Origin: Octopus sinensis
Taxonomy: Eukaryota
Assembly: GCF_006345805.1 (NCBI RefSeq)
Contig: NC_043019.1
Span: forward strand, 620,001 to 684,000
Direction: 5' to 3'
Length of the DNA stretch: 64,000 nucleotides
A program made the position numbers and the translations under genes. Positions 52,545 to 64,000 of the stretch are shown in pieces. The first letter of the stretch is position 1, and every line of letters starts with the position of its first letter. The notes below the pieces were generated by a model that was not told the DNA's origin, did not search any database, and saw only the letters and a list, made by a program, of their open reading frames with translations.

Positions 52545-52737
52545 CAGTCGCCATGATGAATCGTTAGCTACTACACACATTTTTTCTCTCCTTGTTTCTC
52601 TCTGTGTCCCTTTCTGTGGAAGAGCATAGGCTCGAAACGTAGAAGACATTTTCTATTCCTGAGCGTTATACTAATACATCTGTTTGTTTTGTACACCACC
52701 TGTCTTCGTCTTTTGTCTTTTTCGTAAACTCTCCCTA
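52545..52737 (+). mobile_element. Short Penelope-like terminal remnant in (TA)n (related pieces at 3033-3130 and 23876-23935)
   Basis: Flanked by (TA)n on both sides; contains a hammerhead fold; ATCGTTAGC...CTGTGTCC is shared with the 23876 locus and TTCCTGAGCGT...TAATAC with the 3033 locus. Confidence 0.55.
52605..52648 (+). ncRNA. Minimal type I hammerhead-like motif with A6U core
   Basis: TGTCCCTTT CTGTGGA A GAGC ATAG GCTC GAA ACGT A GAAGACA; helix II 4 bp, palindromic ACGT helix III, GUA triplet. Confidence 0.7.
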
Positions 52738-52749
52738 TATATATATATA

Positions 52750-52981
52750 TATTTCTTTATTGCCCACAAGGGGCTAAACACAGAGGGGACAAACAAGGAC
52801 AGACAAAGGGATTAAGTCGATTACATCGACCCCAGTGGGTAACTGGTACTTAATTTATCGACCCCGAAAGGATGAAAGGCAAAGTCGACCTCGGCGGAAT
52901 TTGAACTCACAACGTAACGACAGACGAAATACCGCTAAGCATTTCACCCGGCGCGCTAACGTTTCTGCCAGCTCGCCGCCT
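52750..52981 (-). mobile_element. SINE family B
   Basis: Full-length match. Confidence 0.87.
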
Positions 52982-52997
52982 TTATTATAGATATATA

Positions 52998-53405
52998 GGC
53001 GCAGGAGTGGCTCATAGGCGCAGGAGTAGCTGTGTGGTAAGTAGCTTGCTAACCAACCACATGGTTCCGGGTTCAGTCCCACTGCGTGGCATCTTGGGCA
53101 AGTGTCTTCTGCTATAGCCCCGGGCCGACCAATGCCTTGTGAATGGATTTGGTAGACGGAAACTGATTGAAGCCTGTCGTATATATGTATATGTATGTGT
53201 GTGTGTTATTGTGTGTCTGTGTTTGTCCCCCTAGCATTGCTTGACAACCGATGCTGGTGTGTTTACGTCCCCGTCACTTAGCGGTTCGGCAAAAGAGACC
53301 GATAGAATAAGTACTGGGCTTACAAAGAATAAGTCCCGGGGTCGAGTTGCTCGACTAAAGGCGGTGCTCCAGCATTGCCGCAGTCAAATGACTGAAACAA
53401 GTAAA

Positions 53406-53408
<3 letters not shown>
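52998..53408 (+). mobile_element. SINE family A with duplicated 5' head
   Basis: ATAGGCGCAGGAGT occurs twice in tandem. Confidence 0.85.
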
Positions 53409-53467
<59 letters not shown>

Positions 53468-54188
53468 ATATGTATGTATGTATGTATGTGTGTGTCTGTG
53501 TGTCTGTGTGTATCTATGTACGTATATTTATATATATTTTAAATGAGTAATACAGAAGACTGAGTGTACTGGAAGCTTTATTTGTTATAACGGTCGTTTC
53601 GGCTTACAGCTATAAAATAAAGTTTGTAAATATTTTGCGTTTGAAACCAATTGGCGGGAAAAGCCATCCAGAATATTATCCTCTCGACAAACCAGTCAGA
53701 AAATTATCCTTTTGATTCGAAGCAAGCATCTACAGAATGATGAGTGACATTTTACCGAATGACAGGGAAGTAACCTTCCGTGACACCTCCATTAAATGAG
53801 GCGCTCTTCTCTCATCACACTCACACACAACAATCACTTTCTATATACGCTCATACATGCACGTGTGAGCAGATGTGTGTTTACATGCGAATGCACATAT
53901 ATTCAAATCAATGAGGAGAAAACAGCAATCGGATTACTAAGGTAGTGTTAAAATACTGTGTTCTGAAGCAGAACAATCTTCACAAATCTTTGATGAAGGA
54001 TTTCATGAAATCGATTTTCAGTATTGTCTGAACACCGGTCGTGAATTTTAGAGTGCCGGAAAAAATATTATCAGTTTAGTAACACATACATACTCCACAC
54101 ATACATACAGAAACATATATATATACATATTTACGTATATATATATTATATATATATATGTATATAATATTATATATATATATATATC

Positions 54189-54220
<32 letters not shown>

Positions 54221-54623
54221 TATGTAGTATATATATATGTATATATTATATGTTTATATATTATATATTGTATATATTGTATATATATGTATATATATAT
54301 ATGTATATATATATACACGCACGCACACAAACGCGTACACACACACGCGCATATACGTTGTGTGTATACACGTACATAGGCATACTTATATGTGTGTAGA
54401 TATACGTATGTGTGTCTATATATATATATATATAATCATTAATTAAAATCTTAGGGTAGCAAGAATATTTATCGAAAAAATTCTTAGTTACCAGTGGTCT
54501 AGCGAGAAGGGAAAATTACTTTTAGAATTACAATTAGTGGCTTGGAGATTAACTGCTCTTTTTAGCGAGTCAGATATCCTATTCTTTTGGTATCTCTTTT
54601 GTGTTTGAATGTACACTGTATTG

Positions 54624-54670
<47 letters not shown>

Positions 54671-54673
<3 letters not shown>

Positions 54674-55063
54674 TTATATATAAAAGTGAAGTTGTGTGTC
54701 TGTCTCCTACGATTTAGATTCCTAACTACTCCCACATTTTGCGGTGCAGTTTAACCAAAAGCGGGTATCTTATAGTCGTGATTCATATCGAGCCCTTCTG
54801 GGTATTAGCGCGCGTCAACGATGAGTCTACGATTAAAAAAAAACATTATCATCATTTTTTCCCATTTTTAATTCCTTTTTTTAATATTATTTAAGGGAAG
54901 TAACTCTCTAAAAATGTATTATTAAATCTCAGAACGTTAAAAGCTACAGTAACACCCCGCTTTGTGGTTAGCCATATTGAGATGGCTATTATACTTTAAA
55001 TCTCTAAAAATGCTATATAATTATTTCCCTTACAACCCCGAGCAACGCCGGCGATACTGCTAG
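54671..55063 (+). mobile_element. Non-autonomous Helitron (second copy, inserted in (TA)n)
   Basis: Same termini as 49649-50041; internal segment differs. Confidence 0.85.
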
Positions 55064-55105
<42 letters not shown>

Positions 55106-55130
55106 ATATATCTCTCTCTCTCTCTCTCTC

Positions 55131-55510
55131 TTTTACTCTTTTACTTGTTTCAGTCATTTGACTGCGGCCATGCTGGAGCACCGCCTTTAGTCGAGCAAAT
55201 CGACCCCAGGACTTATTCTTTTTGTAAGCCCAGTACTTATTCTATCGGTGTCTTTTGCCGAACCGCTAAGTGACGGGGACGTAAACACACCACCATCGGT
55301 TGTCAAACAATACTAGGGAGACAAACACAGACACACAAACATATACACACACATACATATATATACATATATACAACGGGCTTCTTTCAGCTTCCGTCTA
55401 CCAAATCCACTCACAGAAAACACTTGCCCAAGATGCCACGCAGTGGGACTGAACCCAGAACCATGTGGTTCGTTAGCAAGCTACTTACCACACATCCACT
55501 CCAGCGCCTA
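55131..55510 (-). mobile_element. SINE family A
   Basis: Reverse-complement full copy with an internal deletion. Confidence 0.83.
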
Positions 55511-56029
55511 TATATATATAAGAATACAGTGTACATATGCATATATATATGTGTGTATGTGTGTGTGTGTGTGTGTTTATGTGTGCACAGAAATCTATAC
55601 TTAGCGATTTAGCACACCGTTATATGGAGATGAAATTATTATTGACTCATACAATATTCATCAACCTTAGGGGACAGAAAGGCAATAAATAGCTCGAAGT
55701 CTCAAATCCCCCTCGGAAAATAAAGTGCAAACTATTCTGAATGTTAGACAGTTCCAAAACCTGTGTGTATCGGATCTGAATTATTCAAGCAACCTTTACA
55801 GATCTCTGGAAGTCCTATGGGAGTCTTTACTGAGGTAGGTGGTTCTCTTCATTCTAACCTGTGAGATGCTTTGTTCTGGCTTGTTACAAACGTAAACATA
55901 CACTCAAACAGACGCTTACATGCAGATAGATACATAGATATATAAACAGATACATAGATACATAGACAGATACATAGATACATAGATATATAGATACATA
56001 CATAGAGAGAAAGAGATTGTGTGTGTGTA

Positions 56030-56066
<37 letters not shown>

Positions 56067-56879
56067 GAGAGAGAGAATGTGAAGGATTGAATAGAGTGGA
56101 GAGAGGGGTATAGGAGGCGAATTTTGCAAACGACATTCGTAGGAAAACCCGATGGGGGAACGAAAAAGTTTTTTAAATTATCAACGCTTGTGATAAGTTA
56201 AATATTGTTTGGTGAAATGTTTACTATGAAAAGAAGAAATCTTATTCCTAAAGAGACAATAGCCTATGGCGTTATACAGTGCCTAAACGTTACTTTCCCC
56301 TTGTGTATACAAGGGCTGAATTTCTCTATCTTGTTTGAAACCTTGTTGTGATAATCCTCTTATAATAATGCTCTTTTCTGCTATTCAGAACGTAATTTTC
56401 TTAGCCAATTTGTGTGCAATATCTATTTTGACCATCTTCCAGATGTTGTCAAACACTATTCTCTTTTAATTCCTAGACGTGCTTTGCCTGATCTGCAACA
56501 TTCAGTGCTTTTTCTATATATATCGGTATGAGGCGGTATCATCGTGACAACACACACAAATATTGCGGCCTGATGAAAAGGTTTTGATCAATTTTGCCTT
56601 TTCCCAGCTATGTTGCTGATGCTTGGAGCACTGGTATCAGAAAAAGGCCGGATAATGCAGATATCGCGATGAAGGTCACATAAAACGTAGTCGTAGAAGT
56701 GGATGTAGCGATAATGATAGAATTAGAGCATTGAGAAGAGAAACAGTGATATCAAGCGTGGAGTTATAATGATGATTCATGAGATACGAAGTGTTGATAT
56801 CGATGATTTTTTTTATGACAGTTATAGTGATAGTAAGGGTGTTGATGCTATTGGTGAAAGCTACAATGGCTGCTACGTA

Positions 56880-59800
56880 AGTATGTATGTATGTATGTAT
56901 GTATGTATGTATGTATGTATGTATGTATGTATGTATGTATGTATGTATGTATGTATGTATATGTGTATGTATGTATGTATGTATGTATTATATATGTATA
57001 TTATTATATATTATATAATATTTTATTATATATTATATATTATATATTATATACTATAGATTACATATTATTAAATTATATATTATATATTATATATGTA
57101 TATTATTATATTATATATGCATGTATTATATATGTGTGTATGTATGTATGAATGTATGTATGTATGTATGTATGCATATTTGTATGTATGTATGTATGTA
57201 TGTATGCATTATATATGTATGAATATTTGTATGTATGTATGTATGTATGTATGTATGCATTATATATGTATGCATATTTGTATGTATGTATGTATGTATG
57301 CATTATATATGTATGAATATTTGTATGTATGTATGTATGTATGTATGCATTATATATGTATGCATATTTGTATGTATGTATGTATGTATGTATGCATTAT
57401 ATATGTATGAATATTTGTATGTATGTATGTATGTATGTATGCATTATATATGTATGAATATTTGTATGTATGTATGTATGTATGTATGTATGCATTATAT
57501 ATGTATGCATATTTGTATGTATGTATGTATGTATGTATGCATTATATATGTATGCATATTTGTATGTATGTATGTATGTATGTATGTATGTATGTATGCA
57601 TTATATATGTATGAATATTTGTATGTATGTATGTATGTATGCATTATATATGTATGAATATTTGTATGTATGTATGTATGTATGTATGCATTATATATGT
57701 ATGCATATTTGTATGTATGTATGTATGTATGTATGCATTATATATGTATGAATATTTGTATGTATGTATGTATGTATGTATGCATTATATATGTATGAAT
57801 ATTTGTATGTATGTATGTATGTATGTATGTATGCATTATATATGTATGGATATTTGTATGTATGTATGTATGTATGTATGTATGCATTATATATGTATGA
57901 ATATTTGTATGTATGTATGTATGTATGTATGCATTATATATGTATGAATATTTGTATGTATGTATGTATGTATGTATGCATTATATATGTATGCATATTT
58001 GTATGTATGTATGTATGGTGCATTATATTGTATGAATATTTGTATGTATGTATGTATGTATGTATGCATTATATATGTATGCATATTTGTATGTATGTAT
58101 GTATGTATTATATATGTATATTATTTATATTTATAATATTTTATTATATATTATATATATATATTATATACATAGATTACATATTATTAAATTATGTATT
58201 ATATATTATATATGTATTTATTATATTATATATGCATGTATTATATATGTGTGTATGTATGTATGTATGTCATGTATGTATGTATGTATGCATTTTGTAT
58301 GTATGTATGTATGTATGTATGCATTATATATGTATGAATATTTGTATGTATGTAGTATGTAATGTAGCATTATATATGTATGCATATTTGTATGTATGTT
58401 GTATGTATGTATGCATTATATATGTAATGGATGAATTTTGTATGTATGTATGTATGTATGCATTATATATGTATGAATATTTGTATGTATGTATGTATGT
58501 CGTATTCATTATATATGTATGAATATTTGTATGTATGTATGTATGTATGTATGCATTATATATGTATGAATATTTGTATGTATGTATGTATGTATGCATT
58601 ATATATGTATGCATTTTGGTATGTATGTATGTATGTATGTATGCATTATATATGTATGAATATTTGTATGTATGTATGTATGTATGTATGCATTATATAT
58701 GTATGATATTTGTATGTATGTATGTATGTATGTATGCATTATATATGTATGAATATTTGTATGTATGTATGTATGTATGTATGCATTATTATGTATAATA
58801 TTTGTATGTATGTATTATGCATTATATATGTATGAATATTTGTATGTATGTATGTATGCATTATATATGTATGCATTTTGTATTATATATGTCTGTCGTA
58901 TCATATTATGTATGAATATTTGTATGTATGTATGTATGCATGTATCATATATGTATGCATATTGGTATGTATTATGTATGCATGTATCATATATGTATGC
59001 ATATGGTATGTATGTATGTATGCATGTATCATATATGTATGAATATTTGTATGTATGTATGTATGCATGTATTATATTGTATGCATATTGGTATGTATGT
59101 ATGTATACATGTATCATATATGTATGCATATTGGTATGTATGTATGTATGCATGTATCATATATGTATGCATATTGGTATGTATGTATGTATGCATGTAT
59201 CATATATGTATGAATATTTGTATGTATGTATGTATGCATGTATTATATATGTATGCATATTGGTATGTATGTATGTATACATGTATCATATATGTATGCA
59301 TATTGGTATGTATGTATGTATGCATGTATCATATATGTATGAATATTTGTATGTATGTATGTATGCATGTATCATATATGTATGCATATTGGTATGTATG
59401 TATGTATGCATGTATCATATATGTATGAATATTTGTATGTATGTATGTATGCATGTATCATATATGTATGCATAGGTATATGTATGTATGTATGCATGAT
59501 ATTATGTATGAATATTTGTATGTATGTATGTATGCATGTATCATATATGTATGCATATTGGTATGTATGTATGTATGCATGTATCATATATGTATGAATA
59601 TTTGTATGTATGTATGTATGCATGTATCATATATGTATGCATATTGGTATGTATGTATGTATGCATGTATCATATATGTATGAATATTTATGTTGTATGT
59701 ATGTATGTGCATGTATCATATATGTATGCATATTGGTATGTATGTATGTATGCATGTATCATATGTATGAATATTTGTATGTATGTATGTATGCATGTAT

Positions 59801-60400
59801 CAATATGTATGCATATTGGTATGTATGTATGTATGCATGTATCATGTATGTATGAATATTTGTATGTATGTATGTATGCATGTATCATATATGTATGCAT
59901 ATTGGTATGTATGTATGTATGCATATATCATATATGTATGAATATTGTATGTATGTATGTATGCATGTATCATATATGTATGGATATTGGTATGTATGTA
60001 TGTATGCATGTATCATAATATGTATGAATATTGTGTATGTATGTATGCATGTATCATATATGTATGCATATTGGTATGTATGTATGTATGCATGTATCAT
60101 ATATGTATGAATATTTGTATGTATGTATGTATGCATGTATCATATATGTATGCATATTTGTATGTATGTATGTATGCATGTATCATATATGTATGCATAT
60201 TGGTATGTATGTATGTATGCATGTATCATATATGTATGAATATTTGTATGTATGTATGTATGCATGTATCATATATGTATGCATATTGGTATGTATGTAT
60301 GTATGTATGTATGCATTATATATCTATGAATATTTGTATGTATGTATGTATGTATGTATGTATGTATGTATGTATCATATATGTATGCATATTGGTATGT
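56880..60400. repeat. 3.5-kb (TATG)n-derived higher-order tandem array
   Basis: Units (TATG)n-CATTATATATGTATG(A/C)ATATTTG, switching near 58900 to (TATG)n-CATGTATCATATATGTATG(C/A)ATATT(G/T)G. Confidence 0.92.
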
Positions 60401-60761
60401 ACATACACATACGATGAAGAACAAGAGATACATTCACAATCAATTTCAATAGCGTGGAAATTTTTATTTTGTTGTGAAGTGTTTCCTTCATTGGATAGCG
60501 GAAAAGAAAGAGGAATGATGATAAGAACCTGGATAAAATGAAAACAAGATTCAACAATTCTCGCGAAGAAGACTCTGTAGTATGTTTAATATGCTGGCCT
60601 TTGACTGCCCGGAAATTGGATGCTGGGCCAAATGGTGTTTTCTATGATAAGAGACTGAATACAAGGACAATTGCTTGTTTACGTACGAATTGCTACTTGT
60701 TGGTATTTTGTGATTTTCTGTATGTGTGGGCTTCTTTGTGTATCGATATTTTGTGTATGTA

Positions 60762-61335
60762 AGGCGGTGATCTGGTAGAAACGTTAGCACGCTAGGCGAA
60801 CTGCTTAGCGGTATTTCGTCTGCCGCTACGTTCTGAGTTCAAATTCCGCCGATGTCGACTTTGCCTTTCATCCTTTCGGGGTCGATTAAATAAGTACCAG
60901 TTACGCACTGGTGTCGATAAAATCGACTTAATACCTTTGTCTGTCCTTGTTTATCCCCTCCATGTTTAACCCAATGTGGGTAATAAAGAAATAGGTATTT
61001 CGTCTGCCGCTTCGTTCTGAGTTCAAATTCCGCCGAGGTCAACTTTGCCATTCCTCCTTTCGGGTTCGATTAAATAAATACCAGTTACGCACTGGGGTCG
61101 ATATAATCGAATTAATCCGTTTTTCTGTCCTTGTTTGTCCTCTCTGTGTTTAGTCCCTTGTGGGTAGTAAAAAAATAGGTATTTTGTCTGTCTTTACGTT
61201 CTGAGTTCAATTTCCACTGAGGTCGACCTTGCCATTCATTCTTTCGGGATAGATAAAATAAGTACCAGTTGCGTACTGGGGCCGATCTATTCTCCACCAA
61301 AAAAATTGGGCCATGTGTCTAGAGTAGAAAAGGAT
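60762..61335 (+). mobile_element. SINE family B trimer
   Basis: One head and three bodies, junctions AAATAG|GTATTT; the last body has the alternative tail. Confidence 0.85.
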
Positions 61336-61844
61336 AATTTGTGTACGTAAATGCAGGAAGGTAAGTGTATTTGTTTATTGTGCATGCATTTACATGGCGT
61401 AGTTTGTGTGAGCGCGTACATATATATCTTTCAGCCTTTTTCCTTTGTTTGTTTCAGTTATTAGACTGCAGGCATATTGGGGTACCGCCTTGAAGTAATT
61501 TTAGCATATGAGTACAGGACGTCAATAACAGTAAACAACATGATATACGAAAACAGATTACAAATGAGTAACCTACGTAAACAAGGAGAGAAAGAAAAAG
61601 GAAAACAGGACAAGTAACACAAAGAACGACCCTTCAGCAGTTGTCGCCTCTCTGTCTACTCCTCATTTCGAGCTTTGAACGAGAATATGAGTCTTCGAAG
61701 ACAGTTGTTCCCATAAACACCAGCATCGGTGTCAAGCGATGGCGGGGGTCAAACGTAGACACAGTGACACATACATATATATACATACACGACGGGCTTC
61801 TTTCAGTTTCCCTCTAGCAAATCCACTCGAAGACTCATAAACCA

Positions 61845-62345
61845 ATAAAGCGTCATGATATTGAATGCCCAATATTTGGTACTACACGTGTTCTTAACGA
61901 GCACGTTTTGCCAACATACAAGGGTGTACTGATACGTGTTTTATTTGAACGAGAACATAAAAAAGTATGTAGCAAAGAAAGATCCTTCAATTAAACAGTT
62001 TGTCAAGTTTGTAGCAGAAAAGCTCATTCTTCTTTGGCAAAAGGTATTCATCTCTTATGTGACGTTTGAGTCAGTTAAACCGAAAATCGTAGGCTTTTAT
62101 CTAAATTACCAAGCATTAGTAAAATTTATGAAAAATTGAAGAAAAAAGGGGCCATAGTTTCCCAAATAGTGTAATGTGTTTAAAAACAATGCAACAAAAG
62201 ATTTATTTGACATTTCTGTTAACAAGTGCAATTCCTTTAAAAATTACAGTTATAGTAGAGAACTTAAGTACCAGAGACAGAACAAGATTTTTTACAGGAT
62301 CAACGCTCAAATCGAAAATGGATCATTGGTGGAACAGATGTAACA
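61845..62345 (+). pseudogene. Decayed DNA-transposase N-terminal fragment (hAT-related group, tentative)
   Basis: CPIFG...LPTY, KLILLWQK, LFDISVNKC, EQDFLQDQRSNRKWIIGG across frames; a motif series I associate with invertebrate DNA transposases. Confidence 0.5.
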
Positions 62346-62579
62346 GATATATGTAACACATATATTCGGTTACCAAGTATTTAAAATAATAAAGAAAACA
62401 GAATCGAAAAGTTTATTTCACATAATTCCGAAAGTTTAAGTGCGTTGCAGAGCTTAACGATATAAATTCTAGTGATTTAGATTTTAACAATCTTATTTGG
62501 AAATGATTTCGCAAATGAAAATCGATTCGTAACAGTGAATGCAAAAAATAGGAATGACAAACCTGTTAGAAATTGATTT

Positions 62580-62992
62580 TTTACTCTTTTACTCTTTTAC
62601 TTGTTTCATTCATTTGACTGCGGCCATGCTGGAGCACCGCCTTTAGTCGAGCAAATCGATCCCGGGACTTATTCTTTGTAAGCCGAGTACTTATTCTTTC
62701 GGTCTCTTTTTTGCCGAACCGCTAATTTATGGGGACGTAAACACACCAGCATCGGTTGTCAAGCAATGCTAGGGGGACAAACACAGACACACAAACACAC
62801 ACACACACATACATATATATATATACATATATACGACAGGCTTCTTTCAGTTTCCGTCTACCAAATCCACTCACAAGGCATTGGTCGGCCCGGGGCTATA
62901 GCAGAAGACACTTACTCAAGGTGCCACGCAATGGGACTGAACTCGGAACCATGTGGTTGGTAGGCAAGCTACTTACCACACAGCCACTCCTT
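62580..62992 (-). mobile_element. SINE family A
   Basis: Reverse-complement near-full copy. Confidence 0.85.
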
Positions 62993-63159
62993 TGCTCATT
63001 ATTCAAAATTGCAAGTGGGCTGCGGAGACTGAAGATGGAATTTGCAGGACTTCAGATTTTAACAGACTTGCTTCTAAAGGATTGTAAAATACGAAATAAA
63101 TTCTTCAAAATATATTTTGTAAATCTGTGTAAGAAGTAAGTTTTTCGCTCCACACTAGT

Positions 63160-63219
63160 GTGTATGCCTGCGTGTGAGTGTGGGAACGTGTGCATGCGAT
63201 GTGTGTGCGTGTTGTGTGC

Positions 63220-63260
<41 letters not shown>

Positions 63261-64000
63261 TTTGTGGGTACAATGCAGGGCTGAGGAATGTGTATGTAAG
63301 CATGTGTGTTGTTTGTCTATGTGTATGTGTGTGTGTGTGTGGTGTGTGTGGTTGTGTGGTGTGTGTGTGTGGTTGGTGTGTGTGTGTGTGGTGTGTGTGT
63401 GTGTGTGTGGTGTGTGTGGTTGTGTGGTGTGTGTGTGTGTGTATGTGTGTATGTGTGTGATGTGTGTGTGATGTGTGTGTGTGTGTGGTGGTGTGTGTGT
63501 GTGTGGTTGTGTGTGTGTGTGTATGTGTGTGAATGTGTGTGTGTGCGTGTTTGTGTATGTATGTGTGTATGTGTGTGTATGTGCGTGTGTGTGTGGTTGT
63601 GTGTGTGTGTGTGTATGTGTGTGTGTGTGTGTGTGTGGTTGTGTGTGTGTGTGTGTGGGGTGGTGTGTGTGTGTGTGGTTGTGTGTGTGTGTGTGTATGT
63701 GTATGTATGTGTGTATGTGCGTGTATGTGTGTGTGTGTGGTTGTGTGTGTGTGTGTGGTTGTGTGTGTGTGTGTATGTGTGTGAATGTGTGTGTGTGCGT
63801 GTTTGTGTATGTATGTGTGTATGTGTGTGTATGTGCGTGTGTGTGTGGTTGTGTGTGTGTGTATGTGTGTGCGTGTTTGTGTATGTATGTGTGTATGTGT
63901 GTGTATGTGTGTGTGTGAATGTGTGTGTGTGCGTGTTTGTGTATGTGTGTGTGTGTATGTGTGTGTGCGCGTGTTTGTGTATGTATGTGTGTATGTGTGT
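63160..64000. repeat. (TG)n-rich microsatellite field
   Basis: Direct inspection. Confidence 0.95.

Noticed and set aside
53985-54025. TTGATGAAGG...GAAATCGATT hammerhead look-alike (also CTGATGA at ~4495 minus, 18605, 48230, 56570 and CTGACGA at 25182)
   Set aside because: Helix I and/or helix II cannot be formed, or GAAA is missing at the right place

Overview
AT-rich, repeat-saturated animal genomic DNA with one 100-N gap (23776-23875). The SINE families and the microsatellite load look like a cephalopod (Octopus-like) genome; that assignment is from my recognition of the repeats, not a search. Almost all ORFs in the track are translations of (TA)n/(TG)n/(TATG)n/(AAT)n tracts or of SINEs. 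Real coding-derived sequence is limited to an orphan, divergent histone H2A ORF (18864-19217, minus), a complete but dead mariner element (29240-30507), and fragments of LINEs (CR1/L2-type, RTE, L1/Tx1, probably R4/Dong) and of a DNA transposase. There are also two non-autonomous Helitrons, a TTAA-flanked MITE, four tRNA-derived SINE families and large simple-sequence arrays. The most notable signal is a set of unrelated short elements next to (TA)n tracts that each fold into a minimal type I hammerhead ribozyme of the Penelope-like-element kind, each with a different non-canonical catalytic core (G3-C8 swap, U4C, A6U, decayed G8A). One pair lies in an 86-bp inverted repeat. Other points: a SINE that repeatedly joins its 3' end to the same internal site of its own copies, a templated inverted insertion that preserves a pre-insertion empty site, and a repeat-derived minisatellite.
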